Below are positions 15,681 to 25,288 of a stretch of DNA of 64,000 bases, piece after piece (within the stretch, counting starts at the first letter, position 1; each line of letters begins with the position of its first letter). This DNA comes from Acidobacteriota bacterium (lineage in GTDB: Bacteria; Acidobacteriota; Aminicenantia; Aminicenantales; Saccharicenantaceae), in NCBI GenBank assembly GCA_039683095.1, contig JBDKSB010000012.1, forward strand, positions 929,846 to 993,845, in the 5' to 3' direction. The translations under genes and the position numbers were made by a program. The notes beneath the pieces were generated by a model that worked only from the letters and a program-made list of their open reading frames with translations, was not told the origin of the DNA and did no database searches.

Positions 15681-18600
15681 TCAATCTCGCGACGGGAGGC
15701 TCCGGAGCACGCCGACGGGGCCCAGGAGGCCCGAGGGCAGGAGCGGCGAATCCTTCGCATAATGTTTCCAGGTCGAGAAGGCGAGGCGGCCGGAGGACGG
15801 GCGCCGTTCGCCATTGAGGATCCAATCCGGCCAGCGGACGAGGTTTCCGTCCGGGCCATACTCGGCGTCGGCCGGTTCGCGCTCGTCCCCGATGAGCCGG
15901 TTGGGCCAGAGGTTGGCGACCCGGACCTCCAGGCGGTTGCCTTTCGGCCTAACCGCGGCCGTGATCTCGACGCGCCAGGGATCGCACCAGACGACGCCGA
16001 GGTCGCGGCCGTTGAGCCGGACCGAGGCGATGTTCCTGACCGTGCCGAGATCGAGCCAGAGCCGGGCTCCCTCGCCCGAAGAGTCCGTCGCGGCCGCCGC
16101 GAGATCGAACGTCCTGGCGTAGACTGCCTGCCCCGAATAGTACTTGATGCCGTCCTCCGGCCTCCGGCTCCAGTCGGCGAGCTGGTCGAAAACGACGCGG
16201 GACGGCCCGCCCCGGGTCGGATCGAAAGCGACGTCCCAGGGGCCATCGAGCGAGACGAGTTTCTCGAGCGCGGGGAAGTTCTCCGGCGCCGCCGGGCCAG
16301 CTGCGGAAGCGGCGGGCGGATCCGCCAAGACGCCCGGGACCGACGCCGCCCGATCGCGGAACACGATGAAGAAGGATTGGCGCGGCTCGAACCTCAAGGG
16401 GACGGATGTCGATCCGCCAGCAGCCTCGTACCGGGCCAGATCGCGGGTCGTCCCGTCGATGGGGTCCAAGAGATCGGGCCGCTTGCCGCTCGTCCGGAAC
16501 CGGGCCGTCGTTTCGACCGGCGCGGCATCGGGATTGGCCACGAAATAGATGTCCGTGCCGCCGTCCCGGCGGTGGATCCAGCGCAGGGGGATGTCCGAGG
16601 CGAAGTCCGGCGCGACACGCATCCTCTCGAGCGCCGACATAACGACCGCGAAATCGCCGTACTGGGCGGGTTCGTCGAGGGGCGGCCGGCCGACGTTCCA
16701 GGTTGTCCCGGGCGAAGAAAGGGGTTCAGCCGGGCATGTTCCCGCCTGGCCCCTGACCCAGACGACGCGGCCCCGGCCGAAGGCATGCTCCGTGACTTTC
16801 TCCCCGTCGCAATCGCCCCAGACCTCGACGGCCAGACGCTCGACCTCGGCGTCGCAGGCCGGGTATCCGGCCAGCGACGGCGACCTCCGCGGCGGCGGCC
16901 CGATGACCGTGGCGCCGGCGGCGACCAGGCCGCGGACCTTCCGGAGCAGGACGGGCGTCATCGTCTCGCGCTCGGGCAGCACGAGGACGCGATAGCTCAT
17001 GCCGTCCGGGAAAACGATCCGTCCGTCCTTGACGGAGGCGGAGGTCATGAACGTATCCGGCGGGCAGCCGTCGAAGGCCGGCCCGGCCGGTCCCGGAGGA
17101 TCGCCCCGGAGCGCCGAGGCCGGCGGCCGGAAAGCGTGCGGCGCGCCCTCGGCGACGAGGAAGCAGACGTCGGCGACCGGCAGTCCCCGCCGCAGCATGA
17201 ACTGGCAGCGGGCCAGGTAGCGGTGATAGGCCGGGACCATGTCCCACCAGGTCTGGGTCCGCTCCCAATGGACCCCGTATGGGCCCATGGTCAGGCCCGG
17301 CTTCGTCGCCAGCCCGGCCTGGTGCTGCGAGCGATGGAAGACGATCCGGTTGACGCCCGACGCGAAGGCCCAATCTCCCAGGGCCTTGATCGACGCCGGA
17401 TGGGCCTGCCAGGCCTCCCGGTCGTCCGAGGTGAAGGACTCGGCGGCGACGATCGGCCGGCCGTTGGTGTAGGCGATGCCGGCGGCCTCGATGATGCTGT
17501 GGGCCGTGTGGAAGCCGGACAGCCAGAACTCGCCCATGGGCACGTCGGCGACGGCGCCCAGGGACATGTCGGAGCACGGCGTCATGTCATAGGGCTCGAT
17601 CGACACGCTGAAGCCGTCCCGGCGGCCGAGGTCCTTGAGACGCCGGGCGTGGTTCTCGAGGACGAGCTCGTTGGCCGTCTGCCTCAGGTCCCAGAGGAAG
17701 CGCTCGGAGGTTTCCATGTCCTTGACCGGACGGCCGGTGACCGCCGGCAGGAAGGGCAGGAGATCGTAGCCGCGGCGCGCCAGGAATTCCTCGCGGAAGG
17801 CGGCGGTCCAGTTCTGCGCGCCCATCTCCCAGCTGTCGATGTGAAGCATCGTCCATCCGGCCCGGCCGTCCGTCCGGCGCGGTCCGACCTCGCGAAGCAG
17901 GGCCCCGACGAAGGCATCGTAATGGGCGTCGAAGGCGGCCGCGTCGAGCTTGTCGCACTCGAGGCCGAGGCCGGGCACGGGCGCGGGCCGGGTGTTGGCG
18001 CCCGTCGTCACCCGTCCGAAGCGCAGGATGGTCCAGCGGCCGGCCGGGACGTCCCAGACGATCCGGCCGTCGGCCGCGAGCTTGCCGGTCAGGTCCACGA
18101 TCCGCGCCGGGTCGACGGCCGCGCCCGCCGGCAGGGCGGGGAACACGGCGGGCATGGGCAGGAAGGGTTTGACCCCCGGCTTCGAGGAATATGGTTCCCG
18201 GACGTAGAGGGCTTTCTCGTCGATGTCGGCGATGGCCGGCCCGGCCGACGGCGTGGGGAAGGCCAGGAGGGCGACGTCGCGGTAGAACCCGTCCATCGTT
18301 TTCTTCAGCTCCGCGGGCAGGGAGTCCTCGCCGAAGTAGGCCGGACGCCGCGACGGGCGGGGCAGGACCGCGTCGAAGCGGGACGGGCCGGAGGTCTCGA
18401 CAGCGGCGGCGACGATGTGCTGCATGGACTGCTCGGGCTTGACCCAGGGCCCGCCGGAGCCCGTCCAGCCCGGACCGGCGTTGAGCGTCACCTCGAGGCC
18501 GAGCCGCTCGGCCTCCCTGACGACGTGCTTGAACAGGCCGCGCCAGGCCGGGCCCATGAACTCGACCGGGCCGCGCGGCACCCCGACGTTGACCTCGCAG

Positions 18601-18830
18601 ATGACGACGCCGCCGAGGCCGGCGTCGCGCAGGGATTCGAGGTCGGCGGTGATGCCCTCCCGGCTCAGGTTGCCGTCCATCCACATCCAGTAGGCCCAGG
18701 GCCGGGCGGAATCTGGCGGCCGGGCGAAGCCGGCCGCGAGCGGATCGGACGAAGGCCGTTTCGACACCCTGGCTGCGGCCGGCTCGCGGACGCAGGCGGC
18801 GGCGAGGAGGAGGAAGACCAGCCCGGCCAT
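15681..18830 (-). CDS. Large secreted glycoside-hydrolase-like protein (lipoprotein-type signal); family uncertain
   Basis: Start re-assigned to MAGLVFLLLAAAC (ATG 18830); the ORF-track start is 18875. Carries an N-terminal PWAYWMWMDGN motif and GITADLESLRDAGLGGV, with a beta-sandwich-like C-terminus, at ~1050 aa. Confidence 0.55.
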   Translation of the reverse strand: MAGLVFLLLAAACVREPAAARVSKRPSSDPLAAGFARPPDSARPWAYWMWMDGNLSREGITADLESLRDAGLGGVVICEVNVGVPRGPVEFMGPAWRGLFKHVVREAERLGLEVTLNAGPGWTGSGGPWVKPEQSMQHIVAAAVETSGPSRFDAVLPRPSRRPAYFGEDSLPAELKKTMDGFYRDVALLAFPTPSAGPAIADIDEKALYVREPYSSKPGVKPFLPMPAVFPALPAGAAVDPARIVDLTGKLAADGRIVWDVPAGRWTILRFGRVTTGANTRPAPVPGLGLECDKLDAAAFDAHYDAFVGALLREVGPRRTDGRAGWTMLHIDSWEMGAQNWTAAFREEFLARRGYDLLPFLPAVTGRPVKDMETSERFLWDLRQTANELVLENHARRLKDLGRRDGFSVSIEPYDMTPCSDMSLGAVADVPMGEFWLSGFHTAHSIIEAAGIAYTNGRPIVAAESFTSDDREAWQAHPASIKALGDWAFASGVNRIVFHRSQHQAGLATKPGLTMGPYGVHWERTQTWWDMVPAYHRYLARCQFMLRRGLPVADVCFLVAEGAPHAFRPPASALRGDPPGPAGPAFDGCPPDTFMTSASVKDGRIVFPDGMSYRVLVLPERETMTPVLLRKVRGLVAAGATVIGPPPRRSPSLAGYPACDAEVERLAVEVWGDCDGEKVTEHAFGRGRVVWVRGQAGTCPAEPLSSPGTTWNVGRPPLDEPAQYGDFAVVMSALERMRVAPDFASDIPLRWIHRRDGGTDIYFVANPDAAPVETTARFRTSGKRPDLLDPIDGTTRDLARYEAAGGSTSVPLRFEPRQSFFIVFRDRAASVPGVLADPPAASAAGPAAPENFPALEKLVSLDGPWDVAFDPTRGGPSRVVFDQLADWSRRPEDGIKYYSGQAVYARTFDLAAAATDSSGEGARLWLDLGTVRNIASVRLNGRDLGVVWCDPWRVEITAAVRPKGNRLEVRVANLWPNRLIGDEREPADAEYGPDGNLVRWPDWILNGERRPSSGRLAFSTWKHYAKDSPLLPSGLLGPVGVLRSLPSRD

Positions 18831-19091
18831 GATCGGAATTCGGGGCGGAAGGCGGAACGGGCATCGGCGCGACATGGCACTCTCCTCTCGCCCCCCTTAT
18901 ATCACTCGCGCGCCGGTCGTCAAGGATGAAGGCCGGCCGGCCGTGAAGGCGGGATCGACCGCCTCCTCGGGGACGCCGGCGGACTTGACAACGCCCCCTT
19001 TTAAACTGAATATAGGGACAACTCTGAAGGAGGCCATCATGGGGAATCATCGAGGTCTCGTTCTGCGTTTCCATCCCGCCCGGAGGGTCTC

Positions 19092-20696
19092 ATGAAACCC
19101 GCTCAGCTGAAGATCGCCGGGGGCGTCCTGGTCGCCCTGGGCCTCGTGCTGGGCGTCCTGGCGTTCCTGCTGGGATCCGGCTCCCCGAAGGGAGAGCTGT
19201 CGCTGGACCTCAAGTTCAAGGACCGGGTCGTCAGCGGGGCCTACAAGGCCTACGGGGCCCGCGAATGCCCCGTGCCTATGTGGCTGGCCAAGTCGGTCTT
19301 CCGCAACGAGACCGGCCGGCGCCTGACGAACCTCCGGGTCCGCTACCGCGTCTCCGAGTACGCCGAATCCGACTGGAACAACTGGCACAAGTACGCGGCC
19401 GTGGACCCGGGGCAGACGGTCGTCGACCTCTACTATCCCATCTTCACCGCCCAGACGGCCCGCCTGACCAGCCGGGCCCCGGCCGACCTGTCCGTCGAGT
19501 ACGAGTACACGGACGGCGGCGGCCGGAAGAAGGAATTCTCCGATACGCGCCGCCTGACGATCATGAGCCGCTACGAGTTCTTCTTCTCGGACATGACCGC
19601 CGAGGAGCGGACGGGCGCCTTCCAGGATTCCGACACCAATTATCCGCTGATGGCGGCCTGGGTCTCGCGCAGCGACGACGCCGTGGTCGGCCGCCTGGCC
19701 TCGCTGGCCAACAAGAAGGCCGGCGGGCTGGGCGCCTCGGAGAGCGACGAGGCCTGCATCGAGGTCCTGGGCCAGCTCTACGAGCTGATGCGGGCCATCC
19801 ACGTCAGCTACCAGCACCCGCCGAACCTCCAGGACCCTAACATGTCCTACGACATCAAGTCGGTCCAGAGCCTGCAGTTCCCCCGCGACACGATCGAGAA
19901 GCGCAGCGGGACCTGCATCGACCTGGCCATCCTGATGGCGGCCATGATGAACTCGGTCAACATCGAGCCCATCCTGGTCAGCATGGACGGCCACTGCTTC
20001 CCCATGGCCCGCCTGCCGCAGAGCCGCAAGTTCGTCCCGGTCGAGGCCACGGGGGTCGGCGACGGCTACACCAAGAGCATGAGCTTCGCCGAGGCCAACA
20101 AGAGCGCCCTGGAGACCTGGAACAAGATCAACCGGACCGGACGCTATAACCTCATCGACGTCCGGGCCTTCTGGACGCAGGGCATCGGCAACCCCGAGCT
20201 CGACCCGCTGCCGCCCGACATCCTGGAGAAATGGGGCATCATGGACCTGGCCGAGCGGGGCGGCGGAGGTGGCGGAGGCGGCGGCCGGCAGCCCGCGCGG
20301 AGCGGCGGCGGGCCGGCGCCCCAGCCGGTCCGGGGCGGCCTGTCCGGCAACTGGGGCTGCCAGCTGACCATGCCGACGGGCCAGGGCGTGACCGGGGCCT
20401 GCCAGATCATCCAGCAGGGCAGCCAGGTCCAGCTCGTCTTCCGCTTCGCCTACCAGCAGATGGGCCAGGACGGAATGATGCACCAGGTCCAGGAGGTGAA
20501 CGCCTTCCAGGGCACCTTCGACGGCGCCGCCATCCAGGCCGTCTGCAACCAGTCCCAGGTCGCCATCGACGGCGCGGCCGTGCCGGGCCAGGGACTGCCC
20601 TATCGCATCGTCCTCCAGGTCGTCCAAGGCGGCCTGCAGGGCCAGTTCGCCAACGCCACGGGCGTCACGGCCAGCCTCGTCCTGGTGCGCCAATGA
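19092..20696 (+). CDS. Membrane-anchored transglutaminase-like (cysteine protease fold) protein with a poly-Gly linker and a Gln-rich C-terminal domain
   Basis: N-terminal TM IAGGVLVALGLVLGVLAFLL. Transglutaminase-like core RSGTCIDLAILMAAMMNSVNIEPILVSMDGHCFP (Cys...His). Then G9 (ERGGGGGGGGGRQ) and a Q/V-rich C-terminus. Promoter TTGACA-N17-GAATAT is at ~18977. Confidence 0.6.
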   Translation: MKPAQLKIAGGVLVALGLVLGVLAFLLGSGSPKGELSLDLKFKDRVVSGAYKAYGARECPVPMWLAKSVFRNETGRRLTNLRVRYRVSEYAESDWNNWHKYAAVDPGQTVVDLYYPIFTAQTARLTSRAPADLSVEYEYTDGGGRKKEFSDTRRLTIMSRYEFFFSDMTAEERTGAFQDSDTNYPLMAAWVSRSDDAVVGRLASLANKKAGGLGASESDEACIEVLGQLYELMRAIHVSYQHPPNLQDPNMSYDIKSVQSLQFPRDTIEKRSGTCIDLAILMAAMMNSVNIEPILVSMDGHCFPMARLPQSRKFVPVEATGVGDGYTKSMSFAEANKSALETWNKINRTGRYNLIDVRAFWTQGIGNPELDPLPPDILEKWGIMDLAERGGGGGGGGGRQPARSGGGPAPQPVRGGLSGNWGCQLTMPTGQGVTGACQIIQQGSQVQLVFRFAYQQMGQDGMMHQVQEVNAFQGTFDGAAIQAVCNQSQVAIDGAAVPGQGLPYRIVLQVVQGGLQGQFANATGVTASLVLVRQ

Positions 20697-20716
20697 GCGG
20701 CGCGGGGAGACACGCC

Positions 20717-21382
20717 ATGAAGAACCAGACGCTTTTACGAAAGGCCTTCCTCGCGGCCCTCGCCGTGGCCCTGGCCGGCTTCGTTCTTCCGGCCCGGGCC
20801 CAGGACGTCGGTTACGACGGCAACTTCACGCTGTCGCCGGTCGGCGACCTGGACATGGTCCTCAAGATGACCCTGCCCATGGAGCGCTACCAGGGCCTGC
20901 GCGACAGCGTCAGCAACCTCTACCTGTTCATGCGCGACCTGGCCTCCAACCGGGCCGACGCGGAGGTGACCCGGAAGAAGGCCGAGTGGGACGACGCCTC
21001 GCGCACCGTGACCTTCACCATCCACATGCTCGGGGCGGCCCGGAACATGGGCAACCACTGGGAGTTCGACGTCGGACCCGGCGCCGTCTACAGCAATCTC
21101 GACGAGGACAAGAAGACCATCTACTTCAACGAGACGGTCGGCGACGGATCGGTCCGGGGCAACAGCCGCCTGGTGCTGCCGGCAGCGGCCCGGCAAGCCA
21201 GGTACGACGCCGCGCGGAAGATGGTGACCTACGCCCTGCCCGAGCCGCCGGGCAGGCCGGCCAGCAAGGCCCTGCTCATCCCGGCGATCGCGCTGATCGT
21301 GCTCGGGCTGGGCGCGTTCGGGGCCTCGTTCGCGGGCGGCCGCAAGGCGCCGGCCCGCCCCGCGGGAATGCCGCCCCCCTGA
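20717..21382 (+). CDS. Secreted protein with a C-terminal TM anchor, unknown function
   Basis: Signal peptide MKNQTLLRKAFLAALAVALAGFVLPARAQD and C-terminal TM ALLIPAIALIVLGLGAFGASF. The alternative start ATG 20693 overlaps the upstream stop as ATGA. Confidence 0.55.
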   Translation: MKNQTLLRKAFLAALAVALAGFVLPARAQDVGYDGNFTLSPVGDLDMVLKMTLPMERYQGLRDSVSNLYLFMRDLASNRADAEVTRKKAEWDDASRTVTFTIHMLGAARNMGNHWEFDVGPGAVYSNLDEDKKTIYFNETVGDGSVRGNSRLVLPAAARQARYDAARKMVTYALPEPPGRPASKALLIPAIALIVLGLGAFGASFAGGRKAPARPAGMPPP

Positions 21383-21412
21383 GGGCCGCGGCCCCCGGGC
21401 CGGAGGAGAGCG

Positions 21413-22003
21413 TCAGGTCTTCTTGACCCAGGCGCCGTTCTCCTGCTGGATCCACCAGCCGGAAGCGGCGCTCTTGGCCCATTCCGCGGCGAAGATCTTC
21501 TGGATCCGCTCGACCTGGCCGGCCTCGATGTTCAGGGCCTTGGCCACCTCGGCGTAGAGCTTGGTCCGGTCGCCGTTCTCGTCCTTGACCAGGTTCCGCA
21601 GGGCGGCCTTGGCCTGGAGGTTGAGGCCGGCCTCGTCGCGGACGTCCAGCAGGCCCTTGTTCGACTCGCCGATGTTGCCCGCGGCGAAGTAGGGCTGGAG
21701 CGAGACGAAGCGGTTCTTCATCGACTCCTTGAGGGCCCGGATGGCCGGCGTCGAGACGGAGGTGGCTTCCTGGGCATAGGCCGCGGGAACGAGCGAGAAG
21801 GCCGCGGAGCCCCGCGGGCCCGTCAGCTCGGCCACCGGCTCGGCGGCCTTCTTCTCCGCGTCCGTCTTGCGGATCTCGTCGACGATCTCGGCCGCGGCCT
21901 GCTTGACCGTGGCCTCGGGGAAGTAGATGTTGACCGTGATGCAGGCCAGGACGAAGACGAGGCCGGCGGCCAGGGCCGTCGCCAGGGCGTATCGTTTCTT
22001 CAT
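21413..22003 (-). CDS. YdbL-like DUF1318 periplasmic protein
   Basis: Start at MKKRYALATALAAGLVFVLAC (signal peptide), ~196 aa. It lies 2 nt downstream of the YdbH-like gene, the arrangement seen in the ydbH-ynbE-ydbL neighbourhood. Confidence 0.65.
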   Translation of the reverse strand: MKKRYALATALAAGLVFVLACITVNIYFPEATVKQAAAEIVDEIRKTDAEKKAAEPVAELTGPRGSAAFSLVPAAYAQEATSVSTPAIRALKESMKNRFVSLQPYFAAGNIGESNKGLLDVRDEAGLNLQAKAALRNLVKDENGDRTKLYAEVAKALNIEAGQVERIQKIFAAEWAKSAASGWWIQQENGAWVKKT

Positions 22004-22029
22004 GGTTCCATCCTCCTTGCGTCGCATCG

Positions 22030-25000
22030 TCAGTTCCCGGACTGGCCGATCCGCCTGAGCCGGCCGGTCATGTCCTTGAAGCTGATCTTCTTGCCGGGTT
22101 CGCGGTTCACCACATTTATACCAAAAAGCGGCGGCTTCTTCACCAGGTACTCGACCCCTCCCTCGTGGATGGTGCCGTTGAGGGTGAAGGTGTCGTTGCG
22201 CAGGGTGCTGACGATGCCGAGCTTCTGGTAGCGGAAGCCGCGGATGAACCTCATCCAGAAGCCGCCCGTCCCGCCCGAGGCCTTCTCGCCCGAGCTGAGG
22301 ACGGTCAGGTTGTCGACGGCCTTGAGGCTGAAGGTCTGCGGCACGCCCTTGCGGGGCACCGACTCGATCTGGAAGAAGAACCGCTCGGGCTGGCCGTAAC
22401 TGAGGACGAGATCGCGGACCTCGCCGCGGACGACGCCGGTCACCTCGCCGAAGGGCACTTCGTCGGTGAGCTTCTTCAGATCGAGGTCGACGAGATCGAC
22501 GTTGAGCGAGATCGAGCGCCCCGGGGCGAACGGGTCGGAGACGGCCAGGTCGCGCAGGACGACCTGGCCGCCGAAGATGCTGGCTTCGCCCCGGCCGGAG
22601 ATGGCGATCTTCCTGGAGCTGATGTCGAGGCGGGGGAATTCCGCCTGGACCTTGCCGGTCAGCTTGAATTGGGGCGAGGCGATGGGGAAGCGCGAGATGT
22701 CGATATCGCGAAGGGCCAGCGAGCCGACTCCCCGGAGGGATCCGGACGCCGGGTCGAGACGGAAGGTCGTCCGGCCGAGCTCGAGGCGGCCGCCGAAGAG
22801 GTCCAGGGCGAGCGGCTCGAGGCCCAGGGCGTTCGGGCCGGCGCGGAGGGCGATGTCCACGTTTTCCAGGGACACGAACGGGGTCCGGAGGCCGCCGACG
22901 CGGAAGAAGCCGGCCTCGGGGAGCGGGGCGCCGGAAGAGAGCGCCGGCGGGTTCGCGGCGGCGGGGCCTGACTCATAAAGAACGGGCACGTCGGCGGCGA
23001 CGCCAGCGAGGAACTCCTGCCCCGTCGCGCGGGCGATGCTCGCGTCCGCAAGCTTGATCCGGCCGCCGACGGACAGGGCCCCGCCGCTCTTGCGGATATC
23101 GAAGGCGGCGGCCAGCCGGCCGCCGAGCTTCATCCGCGCCCCTTCCGCGACCCCTGCTTGCGCGTAAAGGGAATAGAACGGGCCGAGGCTTAGGTCGGCC
23201 GCGGCCTTCAGCTCGAGCGAGAGGGCGGGGCCGAGCTTAGCCGAGCCGGAGACGTCGATCGAGCCGATCTCGGGCAGGCGGGCGCGGACCGCCAGGCCGT
23301 CGATCTCGCCCGTCGCGGGAACGCAGCGCCCGGCGGCCGTCAACCGGAGCGGGTGTTTGCCCCAGTCGAGGTAAACCGATTTGAAAAGGGACTCGCCCCG
23401 GCCGATGTCCAGGCTGCCGCTGAACGAAAGCCCCTTGGCGGGCGAGCCCGCGCCTTCGAACTCGAGAACGGGGTCGAGGCCGTCGCCGGCGATCGTGAAC
23501 GAGGAATCGTTGAACTTGGCGCCGGCCAGGGCGGCCGTGCCGGAGAAGGTCCAGTCGCCGCCGGACGCCGCGGGCCGGCGCGCGGCCAGCGCAAGGTCGA
23601 GCGCGCCGCCGAGGTCCCAGCCGGCGAGCGCGGCCGGAAGGAAGGGGGCGGCGGCCGTACGCAGGGCCGGCAGGTCAAGGCCCCGGCTCCCGAGCCTGAA
23701 TTCGGCGGCCTGGCGCGGCCCCACGCCATAGCGGCCGGAGAGCCGGATAGGCGCGAGCCCGGGCAGCCGGGCCTCGAACGATGACAGGATGCCAGCCCGG
23801 CTAACGAGGTCGATCGTCCCCTTGGCCGCGAGATAGGCCTTGGCGAAAGCGACATGCTTGCCTTCAGCGGCCTGATAGTCGAGCCCGGCCAGACCGATAT
23901 CAAGACGCGTGATATTGGCGGCCGAGGTCGACCCGGTGCCGACGACACGGAGATCGGCGCCAGTCACGGTCAGGCCGGAAACGGCCACCCGGCCCAGGGA
24001 GGAGCGGAGGTCGACCGAGAACCCGGGATCGGCCGACGGCCCGGCGGCTTCGATCCGGCCGGAGGCCTTGACGCGGACGGGACGCCCCCCGACCGGGGCG
24101 GAGAACTCGACGTTCTCGAGCGAGAGGGACGCGGCCAGGTGGTCCCTGGAGCTCCGCTCGGAGCGATGGAGGACGTACTTGCCCGAGATCCGGGCCCGGC
24201 CCCGCGGGCCGGCGTCCCGCAGCGCGGCCGGGAGCCGCGGGCCGATGAGCTTGGCCGCCGCGGCCAGGTCGTCGAGCCGGGCTTCGCCGCTGGCCTCGAG
24301 GAAGATGCCATAGACCGATTTCCCCACGAACCGGCACTGCAGATCGAGAAGTCCGGGGATGACGGCTTTCAGGCTGGAGACGGTCAGCTCCTGGTTGGGC
24401 CGGTCCAGGCGGGCGGTCAGGGCCAGGTTCAGGCTCTCGAGATCGACCCCGGGCCCGGCCGCGGGGAAGCGCGCCGCGCTCAGGTCGAACGTGCTCTCGA
24501 CCAGGTAAGGCGAGGCCAGTCCGAGACGCCCGGAGGAAACGAGGCCGGTCGAAAGCGTCAGCGCGCCGGTCCTGTCCGTCATGGAGATGCGGCCGCGGCC
24601 GATCGCGTAGGTCACGACGTCCCGTTCTGGTCCGGGCGTCAGGGTGAGGTCGAGGCCCTCGATCTCGGTCCGGCCGGCCAGGAGCCCGAACGAAAGCCGG
24701 GTGCCGCTGACGGAGATCCGCCTGGCCCAGCCCAGCGTATCGGAGACCCGGAGCAGGACCTTCGGGATGTCCACCGGCGCTTCGGAAGCCGCGCGCTGAT
24801 CCAGGCGGACGGTCAGGCCGTCGGCCTCGATCGAGTCCAGGGCCGGCTTGACGCCGCGAACGAGCTTCCAGAACTCGCCCCGGGCCTCGAGCCGGGCCAG
24901 GCCGACGGTGAGCTTCTGGAAACCGTCCTCGCGGCTGATCTCGACCGCCTCGGCGCTGATCCGGAAGGGGAAGAGCGAGTAATCGAGCCGGCCGAACGCG

Positions 25001-25158
25001 GCCGTGGACCCGGCTCCCTTCGACAGCTGCTTTTCGACGATGTTCCTGACCAGCGGCTTGTCGAGGACGGCTAGAAGGACCGCGGCGGCGAAAAGGAGGA
25101 CGATGGCCCCGACGACGAGCGCCGAGATCCGGAGCGTCTTCCTAAGCGCCTTCTTCAT
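22030..25158 (-). CDS. YdbH-like AsmA-family large membrane protein
   Basis: N-terminal TM LRISALVVGAIVLLFAAAVLLAV and ~1040 aa of repetitive beta-rich sequence. The ORF-track start at 25173 is TTG; ATG 25158 (MKKALRK) is preferred. Confidence 0.65.
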   Translation of the reverse strand: MKKALRKTLRISALVVGAIVLLFAAAVLLAVLDKPLVRNIVEKQLSKGAGSTAAFGRLDYSLFPFRISAEAVEISREDGFQKLTVGLARLEARGEFWKLVRGVKPALDSIEADGLTVRLDQRAASEAPVDIPKVLLRVSDTLGWARRISVSGTRLSFGLLAGRTEIEGLDLTLTPGPERDVVTYAIGRGRISMTDRTGALTLSTGLVSSGRLGLASPYLVESTFDLSAARFPAAGPGVDLESLNLALTARLDRPNQELTVSSLKAVIPGLLDLQCRFVGKSVYGIFLEASGEARLDDLAAAAKLIGPRLPAALRDAGPRGRARISGKYVLHRSERSSRDHLAASLSLENVEFSAPVGGRPVRVKASGRIEAAGPSADPGFSVDLRSSLGRVAVSGLTVTGADLRVVGTGSTSAANITRLDIGLAGLDYQAAEGKHVAFAKAYLAAKGTIDLVSRAGILSSFEARLPGLAPIRLSGRYGVGPRQAAEFRLGSRGLDLPALRTAAAPFLPAALAGWDLGGALDLALAARRPAASGGDWTFSGTAALAGAKFNDSSFTIAGDGLDPVLEFEGAGSPAKGLSFSGSLDIGRGESLFKSVYLDWGKHPLRLTAAGRCVPATGEIDGLAVRARLPEIGSIDVSGSAKLGPALSLELKAAADLSLGPFYSLYAQAGVAEGARMKLGGRLAAAFDIRKSGGALSVGGRIKLADASIARATGQEFLAGVAADVPVLYESGPAAANPPALSSGAPLPEAGFFRVGGLRTPFVSLENVDIALRAGPNALGLEPLALDLFGGRLELGRTTFRLDPASGSLRGVGSLALRDIDISRFPIASPQFKLTGKVQAEFPRLDISSRKIAISGRGEASIFGGQVVLRDLAVSDPFAPGRSISLNVDLVDLDLKKLTDEVPFGEVTGVVRGEVRDLVLSYGQPERFFFQIESVPRKGVPQTFSLKAVDNLTVLSSGEKASGGTGGFWMRFIRGFRYQKLGIVSTLRNDTFTLNGTIHEGGVEYLVKKPPLFGINVVNREPGKKISFKDMTGRLRRIGQSGN

Positions 25159-25240
25159 GGTCCGGTGCGTCAATTATAACACCCTTCAGCCGCACCGGTC
25201 CGACGAGGGGGGCAAATGAAAAGGAAATGAGAAAGAAGGA

Positions 25241-25288
25241 GTTCAAACCTACTTTTTACTCATTTTTGCGCAAAAAGCAGGTTTGAAC
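25241..25288 (-). terminator. Intrinsic terminator-like hairpin spanning the stop codon of 25249-27246
   Basis: Arms GTTCAAACCT / AGGTTTGAAC enclose a nested palindrome TTTTTGCGCAAAAA. It is followed on the minus strand by the pyrimidine/T-rich tract TCCTTCTTTCTCATTTCCTTTTCATTT. Confidence 0.45.

Noticed and set aside
15111-18929. 1272-aa plus-strand ORF and 17587-19074(-) 495-aa ORF overlapping the glycoside hydrolase gene
   Set aside because: Both are antisense or alternate-frame Arg/Gly/Asp-rich translations. Only the 15681-18830(-) frame has a signal peptide and conserved GH-like motifs.
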